From the NCBI GenBank assembly GCA_039679675.1, contig JBDKUN010000033.1, positions 1-64,000 on the forward strand: a DNA stretch of 64,000 bases. The letters run 5' to 3'. The notes beneath the pieces were generated by a model that was not told the origin of the DNA, did no database searches, and saw only the letters and a program-made list of their open reading frames with translations. Positions within the stretch are counted from its first letter, which is position 1. Each line of letters starts with the position of its first letter. The translations under genes were made by a program, and so were the position numbers. This document shows, piece after piece, positions 19,795 through 29,855 of the stretch. Source of the DNA: Armatimonadota bacterium (GTDB lineage Bacteria; Armatimonadota; UBA5829; DTLH01).

Positions 19795-19823
19795 TTGACA
19801 GCACGGTGAAAGAAGTATACACT
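19795..19823 (+). promoter_or_regulatory. Candidate promoter for flotillin-like gene
   Basis: TTGACA-17 bp-TACACT. Confidence 0.3.
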
Positions 19824-19959
19824 GACCTATAGAATTTCGGCTGATTAATTAACGGCCAATCATATATTGTCTGTTGCCGAAACTCTTTAGGTTGATAAAG
19901 GATGAAAAGGAACCCCGCGTTTCATCACTTCAACCCGGAATAAGATATTTCCATATATA

Positions 19960-22041
19960 GTGAGGGGAACAATGCCAGTCGAACAATCTATCAATTATGC
20001 CAGTATGTTTGGGTATGCGGTCTTATTCGTGTTGGTGGTTCTGATATTACCATCGATTCGTGTGATCGGCCCTACCGAAGTCGGTCTGGTGATGAAACGG
20101 TTCGGGTTCAAGAAGCTTTCCAATGACAACCCGATCGCGTTTGCCGGTGAAGCCGGTTATCAGGCAGAATTATTGATGCCGGGGCTCAGAATGAAGTTCT
20201 GGGTGCTCTACAAAGTCACTAAATTCCCGTGGGTTCAGATTCCAGCCGGGGAAATAGGTGTCGTAATCGCACAGGTCGGCGCTCCGCTCCCGATCGGTGC
20301 CAAATCGGCAGTATATAAACCGGAAATCGGCAATTTTTCCAATGTTGAGAAATTCCTGCATTTTGGCGGGCAGAAGGGTGTGCAGCGCCCTGTGTTACCT
20401 CCTGGAACGCTGCTTCCGATCCACCCGGTCGCTTTCCTGGTTATTACAAAACGCGAAGTTTATGGAATGCCTATCGCACCGGACTTGCAGCAGGTAGTAG
20501 AAAAATCCGGAAGGCTTTCCAGTGAAGCATTCGGACTCAATCCAAAGCAACTTGAACTCCTCAGAATAGAGCCGCAGCCGGGTGTAAACGGCGGTAAAGC
20601 CGTTGATATGGTCGGTATCGTAACTACTTACGAAGGCGATCCGCTTCCTTCAGGGGACATTGCCAGCCGCTTGGGCGGTTTCGAAGACATCGATAAGCTG
20701 GATAAGTCAGGTGCTAACGATAGCGTCATCATAGAGACCCTTTTGGGCAACAAGAACAAACTGCATAACAACTATCAGGACTTCCAGGCGTTCATCGACC
20801 AGGGCGGAAAGATCGGGCTTCAGCACGACCCGCTTCTCTACGGCGCTTATGCCATAAACCCGTTCCTGGTGGGTGTCGAACTCGTCCCAATGCTTGTTAT
20901 AGAGCAGGGCCAGGTTGCTGTCATCAAGGCTTATGTCGGTATGGTTACGGAAGATACATCCGGTTCCGAGTTCAAATTCGGAAGCCTTGTCCGGCCTGGA
21001 CGCCGTGGAATTTGGGAAGAGCCGCTCCGCACAGGAAAATACCCGATCAACCCAAGGTGCTACCAGGCGGAGATCGTTCCGACTGCTATTTTGACTCTTA
21101 ACTGGGCAAATGTCGTGTCGCAGGCACATAATCTGGATATGAGGCTGGAGCAGATCGAAGCGAAGAGCCGCGAAGGCTTCGTTTTTAAGATCGATTTGCA
21201 GGTCCAGATTCACGTACCGGATACCAAAGCGCCGAGAGTTATTTCAAGCGTCGGAACAATGTTCAACCTGGTGAACGAAGTGCTGCAGGCTGCGGTAGGC
21301 AACCACTTCCGAGACAAACTGCAGAGCATGCCGGCGGTCACATTCATCGAGACCCGCCAAAAAGTGCAGCAGGAAGCTTTTGCTCTCATAAGCCAGCAAT
21401 TGGCAGAGTACCAGGTAGAGACAAAAGGTGTTTATATCCAGGATGTTGTCCTGCCTGAAGACTTGGTTATGGTGCTGACGCAGAGAGAAATCGCAAATCA
21501 GGAGATTCAGACTTTTGAGAAGCAGCGCGCCGCACAGGACCAGAGAATCTCAATGGAGCAGGCCAAGGGAACAGCCGATATGCAGGCATCTCTCGCGCAG
21601 TCCAAGGTCAATGTCGACATTGCTCTCAATAACGCTAATGCCAAGAAGGCGGAAGCAGACGGAGAATCCACATACATTCGCCAAACCGGTGCTGCAAAGG
21701 GTGCTGAGGTAGAAGCTGTCGGACTTGCCCGCGCCAAAGCCTTCCAGGAGCAGGTCCGGGCACTCGGACAGAACCCGACTGCGCTGGTCAACGCCATCAC
21801 GGTCCTTGCTGAGAGGAATGCCAAGTTCATGCCGGAGATACTGGTAATGGGCGGAAACGGTGGTGGAGGATCTCTTGACGGACTGGCCGCTACCCTGATG
21901 AGTTATCTTGGAAAGGTTGCGAACCAGGGCATGATGGAATCGGAAAAGGCCGGTATAGCCAAACCGATTCGCTCTGGCAAGCCGAAGATCACAGGTTCCA
22001 CGGCTTCAAAGCCTGAACCGCCGGAACAACCATTGTCGTAA
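19960..22041 (+). CDS. Flotillin-like SPFH/band-7 protein with N-terminal TM and long C-terminal Ala/Gln/Glu coiled coil
   Basis: N-term TM then SPFH-like region; C-term AQ..EQAKGTADMQASLAQSKVNVDIALNNANAKKAEADGE.. resembles flotillin/YqiK tails. Confidence 0.7.
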   Translation: MRGTMPVEQSINYASMFGYAVLFVLVVLILPSIRVIGPTEVGLVMKRFGFKKLSNDNPIAFAGEAGYQAELLMPGLRMKFWVLYKVTKFPWVQIPAGEIGVVIAQVGAPLPIGAKSAVYKPEIGNFSNVEKFLHFGGQKGVQRPVLPPGTLLPIHPVAFLVITKREVYGMPIAPDLQQVVEKSGRLSSEAFGLNPKQLELLRIEPQPGVNGGKAVDMVGIVTTYEGDPLPSGDIASRLGGFEDIDKLDKSGANDSVIIETLLGNKNKLHNNYQDFQAFIDQGGKIGLQHDPLLYGAYAINPFLVGVELVPMLVIEQGQVAVIKAYVGMVTEDTSGSEFKFGSLVRPGRRGIWEEPLRTGKYPINPRCYQAEIVPTAILTLNWANVVSQAHNLDMRLEQIEAKSREGFVFKIDLQVQIHVPDTKAPRVISSVGTMFNLVNEVLQAAVGNHFRDKLQSMPAVTFIETRQKVQQEAFALISQQLAEYQVETKGVYIQDVVLPEDLVMVLTQREIANQEIQTFEKQRAAQDQRISMEQAKGTADMQASLAQSKVNVDIALNNANAKKAEADGESTYIRQTGAAKGAEVEAVGLARAKAFQEQVRALGQNPTALVNAITVLAERNAKFMPEILVMGGNGGGGSLDGLAATLMSYLGKVANQGMMESEKAGIAKPIRSGKPKITGSTASKPEPPEQPLS

Positions 22042-22087
22042 TTAGTTTATCTGAAGTGTGCTCCGGGATTATCTCAGTCCCGGAGCA
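22038..22087 (+). repeat. Repeat family E copy E3 (aattagt..TGCTCCGGGA-loop-TCCCGGAGCA), overlaps flotillin stop; may double as terminator
   Basis: Same stem design as 41648-41677 and 36868-36897; 9-bp GC-rich stem. Confidence 0.6.
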
Positions 22088-22125
22088 TTGTTATCTCAGG
22101 TGCTGAGTCCAGAGTTGCTTAGTTC

Positions 22126-22175
22126 AATGTCATGTTGAACTACCACAACGTCATTCAGAGCTTGACTCGGAAGCT
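22126..22175 (+). repeat. Repeat family D copy D4 (5' half only: atgtcatgttgaactaccacaacgtcattcagagcttgactcgg)
   Basis: 37/37-like match to 41684-41722; truncated at ECF sigma stop codon. Confidence 0.6.
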
Positions 22176-23415
22176 AGGAAGGTTTATGTTCATCTTCTAG
22201 CGTTTCTGCAAATTTCAATCGCTCTGCCCAATTGCCTTTCTGTCGGCTCGTGTCAAGCTGATTAGGATACCAGAGTAGAACTGCCAATATGGCGAATATG
22301 GTCTCCAAGACCGCAGACTCTTCGGCGAATTTCAAGATACTAATGAACGACTGAGTAAAAACATCAGTGTGCGTTAACATTGCATCTGCGATGTGTTCTC
22401 CTTTCAGTAGGTGCTGAGCAACATCAGACATTACATCAGCTGTTTCGACTGATCTTTTTGCAGACATATCCATAGCTTGTGGAAAAGGAACACCGGATGT
22501 CAGAAGGCAAGCCACCGCAGAGCAATAATCCCCCAGCTGACTATTACTTATCGGAGAAATTTTATGGGTAAGTCCTTCGTCTAGAAGTTGAGGGATTATC
22601 TCCAGCATCTTGTGTCGCTGCTTAACTTGGGCGGCGATGTGCAGCAGAGCATTTGCACCAGATGGAATTGCTCGAGTGATTAACAGTGATCGCTCCAAAG
22701 ACCCTACACGTTGGATCATTTCGGAAAGGCTGCCAGCAACAGCTGATAGATCAGTGGCATCTGATTCCCTTGCAATCCGCTCGAGTTCAGCAGGTGAGCC
22801 CGGATTTTCTGCCTTAGCCAACTCTTGCAAGAGATGATTGATGGTTTTTGGCGTGAATTCAATGTCATATTCTTTGTTTTGTCCTAACATTTGAATTACC
22901 TCCTTCTGTAACTTCTGACGTGCTCTTTGCGCAAGCGATTTTACTGCACCCTCACTCCTACCGATTTGGGATCCAATCTCTGAATAACTATAGCCATAGA
23001 TGAGATTGGATTTAAGTACCGTACATTCGATTTCGCTCAACGAAAGCCATACTTCTTCAAGCGCGATACAGGAACTAGACGATACTTGGGTAGCAGATCT
23101 AGCATACAAGTCAAGCATAATGTAGTACAATTCGCCTTGTTTTCTACGTTCGCGGGCAAGTCGCCAACTCCGACGCTTAACAATTTTAGTGAGCCATGGC
23201 CTTAGGCTTGAATTTTTTTCTAGACCTTTGATTGACTTATAAGCCTCAATGAAGCTATCTTGAGCGGCATCCCTAGCGTCCTCGCGATTAAGAAGATACG
23301 AGTAAGCAATGGCGTAAGCCAAGTTTCGGTACTTGTCGACGATCTTACCGAAGGACTCTACATCACCAGTTTTAAATTTTTGAATTAACACTTCATCGTT
23401 CAGGTCCATAAACAT
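22174..23415 (-). CDS. ECF (sigma-70 family) sigma factor with ~230-aa C-terminal extension
   Basis: Region 2 (DARDAAQDSFIEAYKSI..RPWLTKIVKRR) and region 4 HTH (LSEIECTVLKSNLIYGYSYSEIGSQIGRSEGAVKSLAQRAR); C-terminal extension of unknown function, weak GspF/PilC-like pattern. Confidence 0.7.
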   Translation of the reverse strand: MFMDLNDEVLIQKFKTGDVESFGKIVDKYRNLAYAIAYSYLLNREDARDAAQDSFIEAYKSIKGLEKNSSLRPWLTKIVKRRSWRLARERRKQGELYYIMLDLYARSATQVSSSSCIALEEVWLSLSEIECTVLKSNLIYGYSYSEIGSQIGRSEGAVKSLAQRARQKLQKEVIQMLGQNKEYDIEFTPKTINHLLQELAKAENPGSPAELERIARESDATDLSAVAGSLSEMIQRVGSLERSLLITRAIPSGANALLHIAAQVKQRHKMLEIIPQLLDEGLTHKISPISNSQLGDYCSAVACLLTSGVPFPQAMDMSAKRSVETADVMSDVAQHLLKGEHIADAMLTHTDVFTQSFISILKFAEESAVLETIFAILAVLLWYPNQLDTSRQKGNWAERLKFAETLEDEHKPS

Positions 23416-23756
23416 ATCCTACATTAATATAGTGTTCATTAATAGACTGAAAAGTATCGACTAAGAATTTATTTATTAGGCTGTCAATACAGCACGATGT
23501 GGCAGCGCGTGCGCTGATTGGCATCGGACGCTGTCAGATACACATATCCAAGATATTGTCGGTCTTCGGTAGCAAGAGGAAAGACATCCATCGGAATAGC
23601 CCCTCCGATCACTCTTTCCATGTGAAAACTTACTGAAACCAACAGGGATTACCTAGAATAAGATTCGTTTGCCCGTCTTCACTTGGTAGACGCGATACAC
23701 CTTTTGTGCTAATCTTGTTGCTGATAAAACCGCTTTCTGAAAGGTGATTTTCCCAA

Positions 23757-25634
23757 GTGAGTGAAATCTTCTCTTTGTCAGCAGAACCGATGACTCCATC
23801 GGAGATAATAAAACTTCTTGAATCCGATCAGCCCGAAGTAGATCATTACTTGGGACAGCAAATATATGTCAATCCTGACCCTGATTACCTTGCGCAGCAG
23901 AGAAAACGGCTTGCGGAGACTGTCAGGCTCCATAGAGAGCGGGTGGGGGAGAAACCGACATTTCTTCTGCGTGCCCCCGGCAGGCTAAATGCATTTCTCG
24001 AATACCTGGACATGTGCGCAGGCGACCATATGTCGACTACTATCGACGGTGACATACCTGTAGCGGTATCACTGAGAGCCGATGATACTCTGAGTGTCGC
24101 AAACGCAAACCCGCTTTTTGCATCGGAAGAACTGTCCCTCTCGGAAGAATTTCAGCGTTTTCAAAATGCTCCGTGGGAAAAGTATGCGAATGAACTGGAA
24201 GATAATTGGGATAACCGTTCATTGATCTACCCCCATTACGGCCGTTCACAGGGGTGTTGGCTGAACTATCTTCTCAGCCCATATATGAGAGTGCTTTGGG
24301 ACAGCCCCGAACTGAAGCCTAGAGGCGCCGATATGACATTCGGCAAGGCTACCGCGCCGTTTCGGGCAGGTACAAGCTCGTCGTCTGCCGTGGTGGTACT
24401 GTCATTTCTTACTCTTTATCTCTGTAACAATGACCGGCTGCAGAAATTAGGCGTCGAGCAGGTATGCAAGCTCCTTGGCGAAGCGGAATGGTATGTCGGC
24501 ACACACGGTGGGGCTAACGACCAGACGACTATTCTCCGAAATCGGGCGAATACCGTGCTTTATAACCGGCATTCCAGAACTGATCTCGAATCAACGCCGC
24601 TTCCATTCGTAAAAGGCGTTCATGTCGTCCTTGCCAACTCGCTCTGGGAGGTCAATAAGAGCATGGGCGGCAACCAGAGCTTCAATATGAGAAAAGGCTG
24701 GATGCAGATGGGCGACGAGTTGATGAAACTCGTCATATCCGCCGTCCGGCAGTCTCAGAAAGATGGAAAAGCATCCGGTGAAGGATGGCTTTCGGCTCTG
24801 GTGAACGAAAAGTTCAAATTTACCCCCGGAGGAAAGCTGCCGCTCCTCGAATCTCATCCTGAATACTGGGAAAATATCGAAAAGAACTATCATAGGTTCG
24901 GAAGCCTCCATGAAGACATCCTCGGCATCCCGAATGATGCCATCGAAGAGCTTATTTTGATCCTCCCCGTTAAGATAAGGCCGGAGCAGGCTGCGAGAAT
25001 ACTCGGCAAAGAACCGAAGACGATAGAGCGGATCTACACCCGCCCCAAGAGAAAGATAGGGGGGTATCACATCCGCACGACAGCCAGGTTTTTCCACAGG
25101 GAGAACGTAATAGGTAAGGCTCTTGAGGGAATTTTCATCGAAGCCGAGCGCAGGGTAAGCTCTGGTGGACTTTCCGTGGACTCGCCGGATTACGATGAGT
25201 ATCGCGTCCGCGTAGGACAGATGGTGGATGAGCTTCAGGATGCGCTTTCCTTTGATTTCAGGGTCTCGAACCCGCAGCTCGATCTGTTTTTGACTATCGC
25301 AAGGCGCGGGCCGGGATACCTCGGCGGCAAGCTCACCGGCGCGGGCAAGGGCGGATGCGTATCTATACTCGTAAGGGAGAGCGAGTCCGAGTCAATGTGC
25401 GAGTATCTCGATAAAGAATACTACGGCAAGCCTGAGCGGTTCGAGTTCTACCGGCAGGTGCTTGAAGATGAGCGTAGATTCTGCGCACCGGGGACACCTG
25501 AGTATGAGTCTGCTGAAGAAAGGCTCAAAATCTTGGACATTGCGCTTAAATCGATAAAAGACCAGAGGCGTGTAGTTACCTTCAGCCGCGGCGCATGCGC
25601 GCTGGAGTTGTGGAATCTTAGCAGAATAGTATAG
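23757..25634 (+). CDS. GHMP-family sugar kinase (galactokinase-like), unusually long (625 aa; GTG start, alt ATG 23790)
   Basis: RAPGRLNAFLEYLD (galactokinase-like N motif), AGTSSSSAVVV (GHMP motif II), KLTGAGKGGCVSILV (motif III). Confidence 0.6.
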   Translation: MSEIFSLSAEPMTPSEIIKLLESDQPEVDHYLGQQIYVNPDPDYLAQQRKRLAETVRLHRERVGEKPTFLLRAPGRLNAFLEYLDMCAGDHMSTTIDGDIPVAVSLRADDTLSVANANPLFASEELSLSEEFQRFQNAPWEKYANELEDNWDNRSLIYPHYGRSQGCWLNYLLSPYMRVLWDSPELKPRGADMTFGKATAPFRAGTSSSSAVVVLSFLTLYLCNNDRLQKLGVEQVCKLLGEAEWYVGTHGGANDQTTILRNRANTVLYNRHSRTDLESTPLPFVKGVHVVLANSLWEVNKSMGGNQSFNMRKGWMQMGDELMKLVISAVRQSQKDGKASGEGWLSALVNEKFKFTPGGKLPLLESHPEYWENIEKNYHRFGSLHEDILGIPNDAIEELILILPVKIRPEQAARILGKEPKTIERIYTRPKRKIGGYHIRTTARFFHRENVIGKALEGIFIEAERRVSSGGLSVDSPDYDEYRVRVGQMVDELQDALSFDFRVSNPQLDLFLTIARRGPGYLGGKLTGAGKGGCVSILVRESESESMCEYLDKEYYGKPERFEFYRQVLEDERRFCAPGTPEYESAEERLKILDIALKSIKDQRRVVTFSRGACALELWNLSRIV

Positions 25635-25643
25635 AGGAGTCTC

Positions 25644-26600
25644 ATGCCGCTTACACCAAGAGATAGATTTATAAAGGCCCTAAACAGAGAGCCGCTTACA
25701 GGCCGCGTGCCTCATTTTGAGCTTGTTTTCTTCCTCACGATGGAAGCATTCGGTAAGCTCCACACCAGCCAGCGGAGTTACCAGCAGTGGGGACAGATGG
25801 AGGAGAAAGAACGTCAGCTTCACCGCGAGGATATGGCCGATATGTTCATCCAAACAGCCGAGCGGTTCGAACACAGCGCGATATTCCTGCATCCGAACCC
25901 ATGCGACCGGGAAGAGATTTTCAGGCTTATAGATATAATCAGAGATAAAACCGGCGACAGATACTTCCTGATGCTTGATCGTGATGCAACCTACAGCATC
26001 CCGCCTGGAGACCAGATGCTTGAGTTCAGCTACCGGATGGCCGATGACCCCGAAGGGATGAAAGCCGAAGCTGACCGCCGGGTTAATTCAATAATTGAAG
26101 ACGCCGAAGCGTTTGCAAAACATGGCGGGCTCGATGGGTTCTCCATGTGTGCGGACTACTGCCTGAACAGCGGTCCGTTTATGAGCCCGGCGCAGTTCAG
26201 TGAGTTCGTAGCTCCGTACCTTGCCAAGCAGATAAAAGGTTACAGGGACCTCGGGTTCTACACAATCAAGCACACGGACGGCAACATCATGCCGATCCTC
26301 GATCAGCTCGTCGAAGCGAACCCCCACGCGCTTCATTCCATCGACCCACAGGCTGGAGTCGATATAGCAGAGGTAAAACGCCTGTATGGGGACAGGATAT
26401 GCCTGATCGGAAATGTTAACTGCGGCAAGCTCGACACTGGGACAGATGAAGAAGTCATAGAATCTGCAAAATATGCACTGAAGCACGGGATGCCCGGCGG
26501 CGGATATATCTTCTCGACCAGCAACTGCATCTACACAGGCATGCGCCTGGCGCGGTATGAGCTGATGCTGAATGTCTGGCGCGAGTTCGGTAACTATTAG
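25644..26600 (+). CDS. Uroporphyrinogen decarboxylase (URO-D) superfamily protein (MtaA/CmuA-like)
   Basis: C-terminal GGYIFSTSNCIYTGMRLARYELM and overall URO-D-like pattern. Confidence 0.6.
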   Translation: MPLTPRDRFIKALNREPLTGRVPHFELVFFLTMEAFGKLHTSQRSYQQWGQMEEKERQLHREDMADMFIQTAERFEHSAIFLHPNPCDREEIFRLIDIIRDKTGDRYFLMLDRDATYSIPPGDQMLEFSYRMADDPEGMKAEADRRVNSIIEDAEAFAKHGGLDGFSMCADYCLNSGPFMSPAQFSEFVAPYLAKQIKGYRDLGFYTIKHTDGNIMPILDQLVEANPHALHSIDPQAGVDIAEVKRLYGDRICLIGNVNCGKLDTGTDEEVIESAKYALKHGMPGGGYIFSTSNCIYTGMRLARYELMLNVWREFGNY

Positions 26601-26650
26601 GATTTGGGACAAAGATTCACCACCTGAACCCTGAATCCTCTCATTCCCCA

Positions 26651-26679
26651 TTGACAGCCAGGCTGCCTGCGGGTATACT
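26651..26679 (+). promoter_or_regulatory. Candidate sigma70 promoter for mla operon
   Basis: TTGACA-17 bp-TATACT. Confidence 0.45.
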
Positions 26680-26723
26680 TTTGCTTGTTCCTGCAGTAAT
26701 ACTTCTACGCGACGGGGCGGGCA

Positions 26724-27608
26724 ATGAGACGGAATGAGCCTGAAGGTGAAAGAACGCCTCGCAGCGAGGCTGTAAACGATATTATCCACGAAGTGGGAGA
26801 TGAGATCACGGCGGCCGTAGCGGTCCCCGGTGAGATCACTTACCTTACCCTCGATAGGTTTTTCACGTTTATTGGAGGCACGTCTGTTCTATTCTGGCGG
26901 GCGCTTTCTTACGTCGTAAGGGGTGCTGTCGATATGCGCGAAACTATCAGCCAGATGTCGATTATCGGCGTGGCTTCTCTTCCTATAGTGCTGATTACAG
27001 TCACATTCTCCGGGATGGTGCTTGCTCTTTATTCCGCACAAACACTTGTAGCCTATGGTTTCGGCGGCCAGTTTGTCGGCGGCGGGGTAGGTTTGGCGAT
27101 TGCAAGGGAGATAGGCCCGGCATTGACTGCTGTTGTTGTTGCAGCGCGGGCAGGATCGTCTATGGCTGCGGAGATAGGCAGCATGAAGGTCACAGAACAA
27201 GTGGACGCTCTTCGCGCACTTGCTGTAGACCCTGTGCAATACCTCGTTGTTCCGAGGTTTCTCGCAGCGCTTGTTATGCTCCCTGCGATAACGATTATCG
27301 CGGACATTGTAGGCATAGCCGGTGGCTACCTGGTAGCTATGGTGAATGGCGTTCCCAGCGGAAGTTTTATATCTTCCCTACGCATTCTGGCTGAGACAAA
27401 CGACTTTACGATGGGACTTGTGAAAACGTTCTTTTTCGCTGCGATTATCTCGATAGTCGGCTGTTATGAAGGACTTCAGACGGAAGGCGGTGCAAGCGGA
27501 GTCGGCAGGTCAACAACACGTGCTGTAGTCCTATCAATTGTGTTGATCTACATATCGAATTTCTTCCTGGCATATGTTTTATTCCAGGGTCGCACCTCAG
27601 GGCCTTAA
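26724..27608 (+). CDS. mlaE: ABC transporter permease MlaE family
   Basis: MlaE/YrbE-like polytopic permease; followed by MlaF and MCE genes. Confidence 0.75.
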   Translation: MRRNEPEGERTPRSEAVNDIIHEVGDEITAAVAVPGEITYLTLDRFFTFIGGTSVLFWRALSYVVRGAVDMRETISQMSIIGVASLPIVLITVTFSGMVLALYSAQTLVAYGFGGQFVGGGVGLAIAREIGPALTAVVVAARAGSSMAAEIGSMKVTEQVDALRALAVDPVQYLVVPRFLAALVMLPAITIIADIVGIAGGYLVAMVNGVPSGSFISSLRILAETNDFTMGLVKTFFFAAIISIVGCYEGLQTEGGASGVGRSTTRAVVLSIVLIYISNFFLAYVLFQGRTSGP

Positions 27609-27611
27609 CAG

Positions 27612-28355
27612 TTGATTACAATTAACCATTTATCGTATAGAGTAAGCGGCAAAACTGTTTTAAGGCGGCTCGATTTGAAGATCGAGCGGGGTGAGACATT
27701 TGCCGTAATGGGCATGTCCGGAGTCGGCAAAAGCACACTCCTGAAGTGTATCGCTATGCTGATAAGACCGGGTGCCGGCGAAGTTATAATTGAAGGGCAG
27801 AACATTACGGCGATGCCTGAACGGAGACTCCGGGACGTGCGGCGAAAAGTCGGTATGGTTTTCCAATATGCAGCGCTTTTTGACTCGCTGAATGTATACG
27901 AAAATGTATCTTTCGGGCTCCGGCGGAACCGTAATTTGAGCGAGGATGAGATCCGCACTGTTGTTACGGAGAAGTTAGCACTTGTAGGTCTTTCCGGGAC
28001 AGAAGATAAAATGCCGTCCCAATTGTCGGGAGGCATGCAGAAGCGGGTAGGGTTGGCAAGGGCACTTGCACTGGATCCCCGGATATTGCTCTATGATGAG
28101 CCGACAGCCGGACTGGACCCGATAACTGCGGCAACGATCAGCAATTTGATTATCCGTATGCGCGACCAACTCGGAGTGACATCCGTTGTAGTATCGCATG
28201 ACCTTTCACTTATAAAACATGTGTCGAACAGAGTCGGGATGCTCCATAGCGGCAGGATTGTCCAGGTCGGGACTTGGGACGAGATGGAAAAGTCCGAAAA
28301 CCCTGTCGTGAAACAGTTCATTGCGGGCAGTATGGAAGGCCCGATCAAGTTGTAG
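27612..28355 (+). CDS. mlaF: ABC transporter ATP-binding protein MlaF family
   Basis: Walker A GMSGVGKST, signature LSGGMQKRVGLARAL, Walker B LLYDEPTAGLDP. Confidence 0.8.
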   Translation: MITINHLSYRVSGKTVLRRLDLKIERGETFAVMGMSGVGKSTLLKCIAMLIRPGAGEVIIEGQNITAMPERRLRDVRRKVGMVFQYAALFDSLNVYENVSFGLRRNRNLSEDEIRTVVTEKLALVGLSGTEDKMPSQLSGGMQKRVGLARALALDPRILLYDEPTAGLDPITAATISNLIIRMRDQLGVTSVVVSHDLSLIKHVSNRVGMLHSGRIVQVGTWDEMEKSENPVVKQFIAGSMEGPIKL

Positions 28356-28388
28356 GGAAGGCTGATAGCTGAAAACTGAAAGCTGAAA

Positions 28389-29807
28389 ATGAGATTTAGA
28401 CCTGAAGTAAAAGTAGGATTGATTGTCTTTCTGTGTCTCGTTGCCCTGGTGATAATCTATTGGTTCTTCGGAGGACTGGGGCTTCGCGCGGGCAACTATC
28501 AGATATGCGCGGTATTTGACGATGTCATGCGGCTGTCCCGCGGAACTGATGTCAGAATGGCCGGTGTCAGGATAGGCATGGTACAGGACATTACCCTTAC
28601 TGCAGACAAACGAGCGCAGGTTATAATGCTGATAAACAAAAAGTATGAGGGCGCTGTCCCGGAAGACTCCAATGCTCGTGTGACTACCGGAGGAGTGATA
28701 GGTGTCGGCGAGTATTACGTCGAAATCCTGCCGGGTTCAAGCAAAAAAGCCATCGCGAACAATGAATGCCTTCGAACAGTAAGGATGCCGACACTGGATG
28801 ATGTGCTTCCTGACGTGAAAGTGCTGGTCAGCGGTCTGAAGAGGACTATTAACTCGGTCAACGATGTCATAGACAACCCGAAAGTGCGCGCATCTCTTAA
28901 GAATATAGTGGCTAACACGGATGCCACTACTAAAAATATGGCGGAGCTTACGGGTGATATGCGGACGCTTATCGCTCAAAATAGCGCAGAAATAGGGCAG
29001 ATTATTGCCAATGTAGACAGTGCATCGAGAGATTTTGCCGGTCTTAGCCAGGAAGTCGGCCGGATGGTGTCATCAGGAAGGCCGGATATCGATCGAACGC
29101 TCGCGAATGTCAGGTCTGCTTCCGATGACTTTGCATCGTTCAGCAAAAGCCTGCGAAAGACTCTTGAAGGCGGCGGTGCAGAAGACATAAGCGAGCTTGT
29201 TTCAAGCGCAAAGTCGACTGTGGAGAATCTTGAGGCAGTAAGCAAGCAATTGCGGGCGCTCGCGGAAGATGAGACCATTTCGACCGAGATACGGGAGACT
29301 ATCAAAAACGCTTCTGTGGCAGCAAAAGGCGCGGCTGATATTGTTGACCGTGTTGGAAAGATCGTCGGTGTAGGAAAGCAGTCAGCGCGTCCATCCAGGA
29401 CTGCGGAACCGGTGTCTGAGATTGGTTCACAGCTTGATGCGCTTGTTCAGCCCGAAGATAACAGCCTGCGTCTGGATTACAACTACAGGCTTGCAGGCCA
29501 CGGGAACCGGTTCTATCGCCTTGGACTTCTTGATTTTGGTCATAAGCCGAAGCTGAATGCACAGGTCGGCGGAGTCATCGACAATCTGAGCGCTTACAGA
29601 TACGGTATTTATGCTTCCAGAATCGGTATTGGCTATGACCGGATACTCGGCGATAATCTAAGGCTGAGCCTGGATTTATACCATCCGGATGATCCAAGAC
29701 TCGAAACAAAGATGAGGTATGATTTTGCCCCGGATATGGGGATTTGGGCGGGGGCCGACGATATCTTCGACGGCGAATGGATGGTTGGACTTCAGTATCG
29801 AAGATAA
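28389..29807 (+). CDS. mlaD: MCE/MlaD family protein with long C-terminal extension
   Basis: N-terminal TM + MCE domain (VFDDVMRLSRGTDVRMAGVRIGMVQDI), 472 aa. Confidence 0.7.
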   Translation: MRFRPEVKVGLIVFLCLVALVIIYWFFGGLGLRAGNYQICAVFDDVMRLSRGTDVRMAGVRIGMVQDITLTADKRAQVIMLINKKYEGAVPEDSNARVTTGGVIGVGEYYVEILPGSSKKAIANNECLRTVRMPTLDDVLPDVKVLVSGLKRTINSVNDVIDNPKVRASLKNIVANTDATTKNMAELTGDMRTLIAQNSAEIGQIIANVDSASRDFAGLSQEVGRMVSSGRPDIDRTLANVRSASDDFASFSKSLRKTLEGGGAEDISELVSSAKSTVENLEAVSKQLRALAEDETISTEIRETIKNASVAAKGAADIVDRVGKIVGVGKQSARPSRTAEPVSEIGSQLDALVQPEDNSLRLDYNYRLAGHGNRFYRLGLLDFGHKPKLNAQVGGVIDNLSAYRYGIYASRIGIGYDRILGDNLRLSLDLYHPDDPRLETKMRYDFAPDMGIWAGADDIFDGEWMVGLQYRR

Positions 29808-29855
29808 CATATAAGTCCGGCTTGGAACCGGCATTATTTTAATTCAGGAGAAGCT

